43,161 nucleotides of DNA, taken from the NCBI GenBank assembly GCA_043739665.1, contig JAYUDR010000022.1, positions 1 to 43,161 on the forward strand, given 5' to 3'. Position numbers and translations under genes: made by a program. Positions 1 to 9,264 of the stretch are shown here, piece by piece (positions within the stretch are counted from its first letter, which is position 1; each line of letters begins with the position of its first letter). Source of the DNA: Chloroflexota bacterium. GTDB lineage: Bacteria > Chloroflexota > Limnocylindria > Limnocylindrales > CSP1-4. Under the pieces are notes generated by a model. That model was given only the letters and a program-made list of their open reading frames with translations. It was not told the origin of the DNA and ran no database searches.

Positions 1-87
1 CCCCCGCGCCCCGCCCCGCGCCCGCGCCCGCCGTTGAGGGATTTCCCGCCGTTTCAGGCGAGCCGGTCGGTGCTACCGTTCGGCGCC

Positions 88-2043
88 ATGAGGTGGCTAC
101 AAGGCATATCCGCTCGAACCTTCGCCCTGGCTTTCGTCACCCTTGCGGTGGCCTTGATCGCCATCGCCGCGGCGATCGTCGTCGAGCTGAGCCCGGCGCC
201 CGATCAGGGTCTCCGGCTGGCCTACCAGAACGGCCAGGTCGTTGTGGCGTCGGTGGACTATGGGACGACCGCTCAGCGATCGGGGATTACTCCCGGCGCC
301 ATCGTAGTGCGGCTGGATAGCGTGACCGCGGAATCTAACTGGAGCATGCTCAGTCAGCCGGTTCTGGAGGCCTCGGACGCTGACAAGAGGCTGATCGCGC
401 AATCGCGTGGGCCTTGGGCGCAAGTGCTGACCGCTCCTCCCCAAGCACAGGAACTCACCGGTCCGCCCCAAGATGAGCCGCCGGCTCCGCCGAGGCCTGA
501 TCTGCCAGGTGGTGGACCTGCAATTCCGCTCAATGCCACCCCGCAAGCCGAATGGCATTTCCTCGACGTGTTCTATCCGTTCAATCCCGCGCCTCTTGCC
601 GTCGGGCTGTCCATCCTGATCCTGGGCTGGTGGTGGCTTGGGAGCGGCAGGGCCGGAACCACGCTTCGGAGCTACGCTCTGACTCTCCCGGTCGCAACGG
701 CGGTTCCGCTGCTCGTCCTGCCGCTGGGCCAATACCCGTCCCCGTTGGCGACGATCGTCGGCTCGCTGCTGGTGCCACTGGGGATGCTGCCTCTTGCGAT
801 CGACTTCTTGGGGCACGTCGATGGCAGGCGTCGGCGCAGGCTGGTCGCCCCCAGCGCAGTCGGCCTTGCCATCGGGTCGGCGGCGGCTGGCATCCTCTAC
901 CCGGTTTCGACGGGAATGGCCTTCTGGAACTCAATCGTGCAGGCCGGGCTGATCGCGGCCCTTCTGGCCGCCTTGCTTCTGGCCGCGCTGATGGCCCTTC
1001 CGGTTGTTCCGGTTCGGGGACTCAACAGGCGCCAGCGATGGCTCATCGCCGGCCTGGCAGGCGGCCTGGTGTTCTGGTTCGCGACGGCTTCCGTCGCCGC
1101 GTTCTCCGATCTGCACGTGTGGCGAGCGTTTCTAGCGGGCGGCGTGGCGTTCGTGCCGGGGCTGTTTGCCGGTCGGCCGTTCCAGCCGCTGAAGTCGGGC
1201 GCGACCGTGGAGTCGGGGGCGACGCCGCGAGCGCTCATCGAATCCGCCGACGTGGCGCTGGCGGCAGCCACTCCAGGAATGGCTGCCCTTGGCCTCGTGG
1301 TCGCCTACTCCGCGTCCGTGTTGCCGATACTGGTGTGGCTGGCGGCGCTGGTGATTTGGACCAGATTGGCCTGGCGGCCGCTCGCTCGGCTGGCGATCGC
1401 CTCCGTGCGTCAACGTGACTTGACGGCCGCCGCTACCGAGGCGGAACGTGCTCGGATAGCGGCTGATATCCACGACGATGCCCTTCAGGATCTCACCATG
1501 CTCGTTCGCCGACTTGATTCGGCCGGTGACACGGCGAACGCCCAGGCAGCGAGGGAGATAGCCGAGCGGCTGCGGGCGATCTGCGGTGATCTTCGCCTGC
1601 CGGTCCTCGATGATCTGGGTGTTGGTCCCGCGCTTGAATGGCTATGCGGTCGCCTGAACCAAGCGACCGATTCGATCACCCTCGACCGCCTGGCCGAAGA
1701 GAGCAGATTGCCGACCGCCGTCGAACTTGCCGTCTTCCGGGTCGCCCAAGAGGCTCTCTCGAACGCCATCCGGCACGGAGCGTCTCCGATGGTGGTGCGC
1801 TATCGGTCGCGCGAGAGCTGGGTCGAACTTGAGGTTGACGATTCGGGCGCCGGGCTCGCCGAGGGTGCGGCGGAAACGGCGGAGCAAACCGGCCACCTGG
1901 GGCTGCTCAACATGACTCAACGTGCAGAAGCCGTTGGGGCCAGGCTCGCGATCCGCCGCCGGCCGGGGGGCGGGACGCGCGTGTCGTTGATCTGGGAGCG
2001 GGCTGCCGCCCCCATTCGTGCCGCAGCGCCGGCCCCCGGATGA
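88..2043 (+). CDS. Membrane sensor histidine kinase (N-terminal PDZ-like domain, Pro-rich linker, multiple TM helices, HisKA_3 + HATPase_c)
   Basis: ERARIAADIHDDALQDL H-box (HisKA_3), FRVAQEALSNAIRH N-box, VDDSGAG and GHLGLLNM G-boxes; VVASVDYGTTAQRSGITPGAIVVRLD is PDZ-like. ATG 88 preferred over TTG 34; start uncertain. Confidence 0.9.
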   Translation: MRWLQGISARTFALAFVTLAVALIAIAAAIVVELSPAPDQGLRLAYQNGQVVVASVDYGTTAQRSGITPGAIVVRLDSVTAESNWSMLSQPVLEASDADKRLIAQSRGPWAQVLTAPPQAQELTGPPQDEPPAPPRPDLPGGGPAIPLNATPQAEWHFLDVFYPFNPAPLAVGLSILILGWWWLGSGRAGTTLRSYALTLPVATAVPLLVLPLGQYPSPLATIVGSLLVPLGMLPLAIDFLGHVDGRRRRRLVAPSAVGLAIGSAAAGILYPVSTGMAFWNSIVQAGLIAALLAALLLAALMALPVVPVRGLNRRQRWLIAGLAGGLVFWFATASVAAFSDLHVWRAFLAGGVAFVPGLFAGRPFQPLKSGATVESGATPRALIESADVALAAATPGMAALGLVVAYSASVLPILVWLAALVIWTRLAWRPLARLAIASVRQRDLTAAATEAERARIAADIHDDALQDLTMLVRRLDSAGDTANAQAAREIAERLRAICGDLRLPVLDDLGVGPALEWLCGRLNQATDSITLDRLAEESRLPTAVELAVFRVAQEALSNAIRHGASPMVVRYRSRESWVELEVDDSGAGLAEGAAETAEQTGHLGLLNMTQRAEAVGARLAIRRRPGGGTRVSLIWERAAAPIRAAAPAPG

Positions 2044-2651
2044 GAGATTCGGACCGGCCCATACGAGTTGCAATCGTGGACGACCACCCGGTCGTTCGAC
2101 AGGGCACGGCTGCGTTGCTCAGCGTTCAGCCGGGGCTTGTGGTCGTGGGAACGGCGGCGTCTCTTGAGGGGGCGGTGCCGTTCTTGGATCCCGCACGGGT
2201 CGATGTCCTGCTGCTCGACATTCGCCTCGGCACGGGCAGCGGGCTATCCCTGTTGGACGGCGGCGCGCCCCGACCGGCGGTAATCGTTCTCACCGCGTAC
2301 GACTACCCGCAATACGCGGCCGCGGCGCGGCGTCTCGGTGCGTCCGGTTTCGTGGTCAAGACGGCGCCGGTCGCGCAGTTGGTGGACGCGATTCGGTGTG
2401 CGGCTGCCGGCGGCCTGGCCTTCGGCTGCGGGCCCGACCAGTCGGCTTCGACGCGGCTGACAGCGCGTGAGCTGGAGGTCGTCCGGCTGGTGGCCGATGG
2501 CCACAGCAACGACGAGATCGGCGCGGCGCTCGGCATCACGACCAAGACGGTGGAGGGGCACCTGCGCCGGCTGTTCGAGCGGCTGAGTGTGCAGTCGCGG
2601 ACGGAGCTGGCGACGCGAGCGGTGCGCGAGGGCTGGCTCGAGGTTCCCTAG
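2040..2651 (+). CDS. NarL/LuxR-family DNA-binding response regulator
   Basis: IVDDHPVVR, LLDIRL phospho-Asp, C-terminal LTARELEVVRLVADGHSNDEIG HTH; ATGA overlap with the kinase stop. Confidence 0.95.
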   Translation: MRDSDRPIRVAIVDDHPVVRQGTAALLSVQPGLVVVGTAASLEGAVPFLDPARVDVLLLDIRLGTGSGLSLLDGGAPRPAVIVLTAYDYPQYAAAARRLGASGFVVKTAPVAQLVDAIRCAAAGGLAFGCGPDQSASTRLTARELEVVRLVADGHSNDEIGAALGITTKTVEGHLRRLFERLSVQSRTELATRAVREGWLEVP

Positions 2652-2773
2652 CCAGAGGCACGCCTCGTCGCTTTCGGTCGACCCGCTGCGGCCGGTCAGG
2701 ACGAGCTAGTTCGGGGGACGTTCCGCGGACGTGTCAACGGCGCAACCACTGAGCACGTCACCGTTCTCGAGGC

Positions 2774-4225
2774 TCATCGCCTGCTCCTCGCACCCTGTAC
2801 CGCTTCGAGCGCGAGTTGGCGGACGGCGCGATGGTGCGAAATCGTCTCCATATCGCGCGGCATCGGCTCGAGCAACGTGCCGCCGCTCGTGTGCCAGTGC
2901 GAGGCCACTTCCCGCGGGTCCAGGCCGCCCAAGGTGGCGGCCGCCTGGACGGCGGCTCCAATGGCCACGAACTCGGTGGACTCCGGCACGGAAATGGCTC
3001 GGCCGGATAGACGCTGGACTACGCGCCGCCAGATTTCGCTCCGGGCCCCACCGCCGATGAGGACCAGAGCTGCGTTGGGATCGATGCCCGACGAGCATCG
3101 ATCGATTGTGTCCAGCGCGTCCAGGAGCCCGATCACCGCGCCCTCGTATGTGGCCATCAGGATTGACCGTGGGTCGGTGTCGTGGCGCAGTCCCAGGATC
3201 GCGGCGGAGGCGTTTGGAAAGTTCGGCGTGCGTTCGCCGTCGAAGTAGGGGACGGTCACGACGCCACCGCTCGGGACGACATCGTCTCGGTTGAGCCCGA
3301 GCCACTCCGCCATCCGATCGACTGCCAGAGTGCAATTGAGGGTGGCGGCCAGGGGCAGAAATCGGCCGGACGCGTCTGCAAATCCTGCGACGTCGCCCGA
3401 CGGATCCGCAATCCTCGTCGCAGAAACCATGTATACCGCGCCAGACGTACCCAAGCTGATGACAGGCGTTCCGGGGTCGAGCCCGAGCCCCAGGGCCGCG
3501 CCCATATTGTCTCCGGTGCCGGGGCCGACAAGCGCGCCGACCCGCAGCCCGGTGGCCGCCGCGGCCGCCGAGGTGACCACGCCCGCGGCTTCGGTCGGCT
3601 TGTGCACGCGAGGCAGGAGTTCCATCGGGAGTTGCATGCCCGGGAGCCCGAGCACGTCGGTCGCGTAACTCTCGGTTTCGGTGGACCACCAGCCCGTGCC
3701 CGATGCGTCGCCGCGATCGGTCACGCCCATTCCCGCGAGCCTCTCCGTCATGTAGTCGTGCGGCAGGCGGATCGCCGCCGTTCTGGATGCGATCTCCGGC
3801 TCACACCGGCGAACCCAGGCCCACTTCGACGCGGTGAACGAAGCAACCGGCACGACACCGATCCGGGCTGCCCACGCCGTGGCGCCGCCCAGTGCCTCGA
3901 TCAGACCGACCGCATCGCTGGCGGAGCGAGTGTCGTTCCAGAGCATCGCCGGCCGCAGCGGCCGGCCCGAGGCATCCAGGCAGACCATGCCGTGTTGCTG
4001 TCCCGCGACCGAAAGCGCAGCTATCTGGTCGGCCAGGCCGGTCTGGGCGAGAGCATCGCAGAGCGCCCTCCACCAGACGTCGGGATGAGTTTCGCGTGCT
4101 CCTCCGGTTCCGGTCACGGCGTGTTCGGCGCGGCCGGTCGCGACGATCTCGCCGTTGTCCGAGTCGACCACGACAACCTTGGTCGACTGGGTCGAACAGT
4201 CGACGCCGGCGATGAGAGTCTTCAT
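2774..4225 (-). CDS. xylB: Xylulokinase (FGGY family)
   Basis: GVDCSTQSTK, GQQHG, LWNDTR, GTGDN, GERTP and GGGARS motifs; directly downstream of xylA; GGAGG-like RBS. Confidence 0.93.
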   Translation of the reverse strand: MKTLIAGVDCSTQSTKVVVVDSDNGEIVATGRAEHAVTGTGGARETHPDVWWRALCDALAQTGLADQIAALSVAGQQHGMVCLDASGRPLRPAMLWNDTRSASDAVGLIEALGGATAWAARIGVVPVASFTASKWAWVRRCEPEIASRTAAIRLPHDYMTERLAGMGVTDRGDASGTGWWSTETESYATDVLGLPGMQLPMELLPRVHKPTEAAGVVTSAAAAATGLRVGALVGPGTGDNMGAALGLGLDPGTPVISLGTSGAVYMVSATRIADPSGDVAGFADASGRFLPLAATLNCTLAVDRMAEWLGLNRDDVVPSGGVVTVPYFDGERTPNFPNASAAILGLRHDTDPRSILMATYEGAVIGLLDALDTIDRCSSGIDPNAALVLIGGGARSEIWRRVVQRLSGRAISVPESTEFVAIGAAVQAAATLGGLDPREVASHWHTSGGTLLEPMPRDMETISHHRAVRQLALEAVQGARSRR

Positions 4226-4277
4226 CCTCGCCTCCGAACCGATCGTGGCCGCCCCGTAGGCCCTACGCGCTCCCGCC

Positions 4278-5471
4278 CTACCTGGTTCCCATCAGCAGAT
4301 CCATCACGAGCTGGTCCAAGTGCTCATTGCGGTAGCCGCGTTGGGCCAGGGCGTTTGGGTCACCCGGGTTTGCAGTGAGTTCGGCGGCGACTGTGGCCGA
4401 ATAGCGCCCGACGGTCGGTTGGGCCAGCTCCGCCACCGAAGCGTCGGCCAAGGCGGCCGCAATCTCGGGGTCCGCGGCGAACAGGCGGGCCTTCTCGCGC
4501 AGGATCAGGTACGTCCGCATGCAGCCCGCCGCGAAGTCCCACACCCCGTCGGCGTCCTCGCTGCGGTAGGCGTGGGCATCGAAGTGCTTGGGGCCGCTGT
4601 AGCCGGACTCCTCGAGCAGCTTGACGAGGAAGAAGGCGTCCTTGATGCCCTCCGAACCGAAGCGCAGATCCTGGTCGAAACGGCCGATCTTCTGGCCGTT
4701 TAGATCGATGTGGAAGAGCTTGCCGTGCCATAACGTCTGAGCCACGGCGTGGAAGAAGCTCAGACCGGACATCGTCTCGTGGGCGGTCTCCGGATTGAGT
4801 CCGACCATCTCGGGGTGTTCGAGCGCGCCTATGAAGGCCAGAGCATGGCCGACCGTCGGCAGAAACGCGTCACCGCGCGGCTCGTTCGGCTTGGGTTCCA
4901 TCGCGAACCGCATGGGGTACTTGTGGTCGAGGACGTAGCCGCACAGGAAATCGATCGCCTCGCGGTATCGATCGAGTGCGTCCGCGGGCCGCTTGGAGGC
5001 CATCGCCTCGACGCCTTCGCGTCCGCCCCAGAAGACGTACACAGGCGCGCCGAGTTCGGCTCCAAGGTCGATCGCCCGCATCGTCTTGGCAATTGCGTAG
5101 CGTCGTACGGCTCGGTCGTTGCTGGTGAAGGCCCCATCCTTGAAGACGGGGTGGCCGAAAAGGTTGGTCGTGGCCATCGACACGACCATGCCGGTCTCGT
5201 CAAGTGCGCTCTTGAAGCTGCCGACAATCTGGTCGCGTTTGGCCGGGGAGGCGTCCGGCGGGACGAGGTCGTCGTCGTGCATCGAGACGCCGAAGGCGCC
5301 CAGCTGAGATAGGCGGCGAACCATCTCGTTGGGGTCCAGCTGTGCCCGCGTCGCCTGGCCGAACTGATCGCGGCCGGGGTTGCCGACCGTCCACAGCCCA
5401 AAGCTGAACTTGTCCGCGCGGGTTGGCGTCGCGACGCTATCGCCGTGCGCGCCGCTCTCGATCTGGACCAT
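4278..5471 (-). CDS. xylA: Xylose isomerase (class I, Streptomyces/Actinoplanes type)
   Basis: [43 protein letters not shown] and HFDAH motifs. Start moved to ATG 5471 behind an AGGGAGG RBS. Confidence 0.96.
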   Translation of the reverse strand: MVQIESGAHGDSVATPTRADKFSFGLWTVGNPGRDQFGQATRAQLDPNEMVRRLSQLGAFGVSMHDDDLVPPDASPAKRDQIVGSFKSALDETGMVVSMATTNLFGHPVFKDGAFTSNDRAVRRYAIAKTMRAIDLGAELGAPVYVFWGGREGVEAMASKRPADALDRYREAIDFLCGYVLDHKYPMRFAMEPKPNEPRGDAFLPTVGHALAFIGALEHPEMVGLNPETAHETMSGLSFFHAVAQTLWHGKLFHIDLNGQKIGRFDQDLRFGSEGIKDAFFLVKLLEESGYSGPKHFDAHAYRSEDADGVWDFAAGCMRTYLILREKARLFAADPEIAAALADASVAELAQPTVGRYSATVAAELTANPGDPNALAQRGYRNEHLDQLVMDLLMGTR

Positions 5472-5649
5472 TACCACGACCTCCCTTTGAGCAAACCAAC
5501 CCATTCTGGTTACTTGGCCGCGGCCCCGGGTCGCGCCATCCGCAAGAAATTGATAGCTGCCATGCCCGGACCTTGTCGTCTGCGACGGGCAGGCAGCCGC
5601 CCGATTGTTCGACCGCCGCGAGCCGGCGCGCACCTCGATCGCGTGTCAG

Positions 5650-5732
5650 CGCAATCGTATGCCGCACATCCTACGTCATCAAGGCCTGAGCGACACTTGA
5701 CGGTGCAGCATGCGTATGCTACATAGGTATGC
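5650..5732. promoter_or_regulatory. Divergent promoter cassette with three LacI-type palindromic operators (consensus GCATACGTATGC)
   Basis: GCAATCGTATGC 5651-5662, GCATGCGTATGC 5708-5719, ACATAGGTATGC 5721-5732; + strand TTGACG(5697-5702)-N17-TACATA(5720-5725) with TG extension. Blocks recur at 16739-16822 and 23187-23211. Confidence 0.7.
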
Positions 5733-5942
5733 AGCCTAACGCCGGTCGCTGCAATGAGGCGAAGAGACCCTGTCGGACAGGACGGCGACGGCGAAAGTGC
5801 CCGAAAGTTTGAGGTCAGGCAGCGGAGGAGAGGCCAGTCATCTAACCCGTTCTCGGGGTGTCTCGTGTTTGGGGCGGTTCTTCTATTTCGCGCTTCGCGC
5901 GACCGCCCGACATATCGAATTGACAATGCAGGAGGCTCGATC

Positions 5943-7328
5943 GTGAACCTAGTCCCGAAGCGGCTCTTGGGTGGAGTCGCCATTCTCGCGCTGGTGGCCA
6001 GCGCGTGTTCATCGAATGCCGCAACGACCACTCCGGTTGCTCCGGGTACGTCGGTCGCACCGGCGTCTCAGGCGCCGGCAACCACGACGGGCCCGACCGA
6101 CGCCCCCAAGGCCGTCACCGTAGAGTGGTGGCACATCACCACCGGTGAACCGGGCAAGTCAGTCTTCCAGGGGATCGCGGACACCTACATGGCCGCGCAT
6201 CCTAACGTCACCATCAAAATCACAATCCTTGAGAACGAAGCCTTCAAGACCAAGCTGGCGACGACGATGCAGTCGGGCCAGGGTGTGCCTGACCTCTTCC
6301 AGTCGTGGGGCGGCGGCATAATGGCCCAGCAGGCCTCTGCCGGCATGCTCAAGGACATTTCGACGGACATCGCTTCCTGGAAGGCCACGGTCAACCCGGG
6401 CGCCCTGAGTATCTATTCGATCAAGGGCACCGACGGCACCACAAAGGTGTACGGCGTCCCGTGGGACATGGGAATGATCGGCGTCTGGTACAACAAAGCC
6501 CTCTTCGCCAAGGCCGGTATTTCTGCCCCGCCGGCGACGTGGGATGATTTCCTTGCCGACGTCACCAAGCTCAAGACCGCCAACATCGTTCCGCTCGCCA
6601 TCGCGGGCAAGGACGAATGGCCGGCCATGCACCTCTGGACGTACCTCGCCCTCCGCATCGGCGGTGGCGACAACCTCAAGACGATGGTTGACTCCGGCAA
6701 TTGGAACACCGACGCCTGCACGGCGGCCGGCGACCAGGTCGTCAAGCTCAACGCTCTGAACCCTTACCAGCCCGGCTACAAGGCGGCCGTGTACGACAAG
6801 GGCGAAGCTGCTGCCATGGGTAATGCCAAGGCCGCCATGGAAGTGATGGGCCAGTGGGCCCCGGGCGTCCAGGCTACGAATAGCACATCCGGCAAGGGCA
6901 TCGGCGCCGACCTCGGTTGGTTCCCATTCCCGACCGTCGCTGGCGGCAAGGGCGCCGCGACTGACGGAGTCGGCGGCGGCAACGGCATCGCTGTCGGCAA
7001 GAACGCCTCGCCGGAAGCCATCGACTTCCTCAAGTTCATCAACAGCGTCTACAACGCCCAGAAGATCGAGACCCCGACCAATGCGACCAAAGACAACAGC
7101 ATGGGCCTGTCGCCGATCGCTGGCGTCGACAACAAGGTCTTGAGCGATCCCCTCCAGCTCGTTCTGGCGGGCGCGAGCAAGGCCACCTTCATGCAGCTCT
7201 ATCTCGACCAGGCGACCAACGCGGCCATGGGCCAAGCGATCAACGACGCCACGGGCGCCCTGTTCGCCGGCGTATCAACCCCCGCCAAGGTCTGCCAGGC
7301 AATCACCGACGCAGCCAAGAAGAAGTAA
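5943..7328 (+). CDS. Carbohydrate ABC transporter (CUT1) substrate-binding lipoprotein, probably xylo-oligosaccharide binding
   Basis: GTG 5943 behind GGAGG; lipobox LVASAC; PDLFQSWGG, YGVP, YNKALF and GGNG SBP_bac_1 features; precedes two permeases and a GH3. Confidence 0.9.
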   Translation: MNLVPKRLLGGVAILALVASACSSNAATTTPVAPGTSVAPASQAPATTTGPTDAPKAVTVEWWHITTGEPGKSVFQGIADTYMAAHPNVTIKITILENEAFKTKLATTMQSGQGVPDLFQSWGGGIMAQQASAGMLKDISTDIASWKATVNPGALSIYSIKGTDGTTKVYGVPWDMGMIGVWYNKALFAKAGISAPPATWDDFLADVTKLKTANIVPLAIAGKDEWPAMHLWTYLALRIGGGDNLKTMVDSGNWNTDACTAAGDQVVKLNALNPYQPGYKAAVYDKGEAAAMGNAKAAMEVMGQWAPGVQATNSTSGKGIGADLGWFPFPTVAGGKGAATDGVGGGNGIAVGKNASPEAIDFLKFINSVYNAQKIETPTNATKDNSMGLSPIAGVDNKVLSDPLQLVLAGASKATFMQLYLDQATNAAMGQAINDATGALFAGVSTPAKVCQAITDAAKKK

Positions 7329-7363
7329 TCAGCAGGCGATCCTCGATAGGACCACCAAGTGAA

Positions 7364-7391
7364 GAGCGGGCCGGCCTAAGCCGGCCCGCTC
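7364..7391 (+). other. Perfect 12-bp stem-loop after the SBP gene (mRNA-stabilising or partial terminator)
   Basis: GAGCGGGCCGGC-CTAA-GCCGGCCCGCTC, no U tract. Confidence 0.7.
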
Positions 7392-7418
7392 AATCTCTCG
7401 GCGAAGGTGAGGACGGCA

Positions 7419-8357
7419 ATGAGCGCAACGAGCGCCAGGCCACGCGTCGGAAGGAAACCTCCGACGAGGTGGATGACGATCATCCTGTTTCTGCTTCCGG
7501 GCCTGGCTCTGTATCTGTTATTCGTGCTGTTCCCGGTCATTCAGGCCGCACATTACAGCCTGTTCTCCTGGGACGGCCTGCGGCCGCTCACTGACTTCGT
7601 CGGGCTCGACAACTACACACGCGCGCTCAACAGCGATGTCTTTACGGGCGCGGTGTCGCACAACGTGTTCCTCATAGTGCTCTCGTTGGCCATTCAGATC
7701 CCGTTCTCGCTCTTCCTCGCAGTCCTTCTGAACCGGCGCTTCCGCGGCCGGGCGGTGTTCAGGTTGATCTTCTTTCTTCCTTACGTCCTCTCGGAAGCCA
7801 TTACCGGTGTCATCTTCTTGCTCATACTGCAGCCCGGTGCACTCTTGGATTCCAGCCTGACGGGCGCAGGCTTGGGAGGCCTCATACCGGTCGACGGTTG
7901 GCTGGGCGACATGAACCTCGTGCTGATCGTTATGTTCGTGATCATTTCCTGGAAGTACTTCGGTTTCCACATGATCCTGCTGCTAGCCGGACTACAGGGC
8001 ATCCCCCGCGAGATCGAGGAGGCCGCCCTCATCGATGGAGCAGGTCGCTGGCAAGCGTTCCGCCACATCACGCTGCCGCTTCTTGGTCCAACCTTGCGGG
8101 TCTCCATCTTTCTCTCGATCATTGGAGCCCTTCAGCTGTTTGACATGGTCTGGGTCATGACCGGGGGCGGCCCGGTCAACGCCTCAGATACGATGGCGAC
8201 GACGATGTTCAAGGCCGGACTTAAGGGGCAAGAGATGGGTTACGGAAGCGCTCTCGCAGTGATCCTTTTCATGTTCGCCCTCGTCTTGGCCCTCGCCTAT
8301 CAACGTCTTGTGCTGCGGCGAGACGTTGAGGGCGCAGTCACGGCATTCAACGGGTAG
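7419..8357 (+). CDS. Carbohydrate ABC transporter permease (MalF-like)
   Basis: FVGLDNY, EAA loop EEAALIDGAGRWQAFRHITLP, six TM segments; ATG 7419 behind GAGG (GTG 7407 alternative). Confidence 0.93.
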   Translation: MSATSARPRVGRKPPTRWMTIILFLLPGLALYLLFVLFPVIQAAHYSLFSWDGLRPLTDFVGLDNYTRALNSDVFTGAVSHNVFLIVLSLAIQIPFSLFLAVLLNRRFRGRAVFRLIFFLPYVLSEAITGVIFLLILQPGALLDSSLTGAGLGGLIPVDGWLGDMNLVLIVMFVIISWKYFGFHMILLLAGLQGIPREIEEAALIDGAGRWQAFRHITLPLLGPTLRVSIFLSIIGALQLFDMVWVMTGGGPVNASDTMATTMFKAGLKGQEMGYGSALAVILFMFALVLALAYQRLVLRRDVEGAVTAFNG

Positions 8358-8361
8358 TGTG

Positions 8362-9264
8362 ATGACGACGATAGCTTCCCCAAGAACGGACTTCGAAACC
8401 AGTCCAGTCAAGCGCCGGACGGCCAGGCTAGGTCGTGTACGAGCCTTCGATATCGTCCGCTACGCGGTCGTGGTGTTTGTGGCGGCCGCGATCCTGGTAC
8501 CGATCGCGTACGCTGTCCTGGGCGGCTTCATGACCAACGGCCAGCTCATCGGTAACCCTGTCTCGCTGCCAAGTCCGTGGGTCTTCTCCAACTACACGGA
8601 CGTCCTGTTCGGCGGCAACGCGGGGCTCTTCTGGGGTGAGCTCTTAAACAGCCTGATAATCGCGGCCGTGGCCGTAACTTTGACCGTGACCCTGGCCTCC
8701 CTCGCGGCGTTCGTGTTTGCACGCATGGTGTTCCGCGGTCGCGAGGCCATGTTCATGCTCTTTACACTCGGGCTGCTATTCCCGTCGGCCGTGGCGATCC
8801 TGCCCCTGTACATCCTGATCACCCAGATAGGCCTGCAGGGGAACCTGCTCGGCGTGGCGCTTCCGCAGGCCGCCTTCGGGCTGCCGTTGACGATCATCAT
8901 CCTGCGCCCCTTCTTCAAGAGCATTCCGGTGGAGCTCGAGGACGCAGCCAAAATCGATGGTTGCGGCGCCTTCGGATTCTTCTGGCGGGTCCTTCTGCCA
9001 CTGGCGCGGCCCGCACTCGCAACGGTCAGCGTGCTCTCGATCGTGGGCACGTGGAATGCCTTCATGCTGCCTCTAATCATCCTCAATGGTCAGGATCAGG
9101 CGACCCTTCCGCTCGGCGTCATGAACTTCTCAACCCAATACAGCTCCGACGCCGCCCGCATCCTGGCCTTCACGGTCGTGGCAATGATTCCTGCGATCCT
9201 GTTCTACGCCGTCGCCGAACGGCAGATCGTCTCCGGCCTCACCGCCGGTGGGGTCAAGGGCTGA
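8362..9264 (+). CDS. Carbohydrate ABC transporter permease (MalG-like)
   Basis: EDAAKIDGCG EAA loop and C-terminal GLTAGGVKG; start just after the upstream stop. Confidence 0.93.
   Translation: MTTIASPRTDFETSPVKRRTARLGRVRAFDIVRYAVVVFVAAAILVPIAYAVLGGFMTNGQLIGNPVSLPSPWVFSNYTDVLFGGNAGLFWGELLNSLIIAAVAVTLTVTLASLAAFVFARMVFRGREAMFMLFTLGLLFPSAVAILPLYILITQIGLQGNLLGVALPQAAFGLPLTIIILRPFFKSIPVELEDAAKIDGCGAFGFFWRVLLPLARPALATVSVLSIVGTWNAFMLPLIILNGQDQATLPLGVMNFSTQYSSDAARILAFTVVAMIPAILFYAVAERQIVSGLTAGGVKG

Noticed and set aside
1-33. Pure G/C run of CCCGCG-like hexamers
   Set aside because: Truncated at the window edge and low complexity; no function can be assigned.
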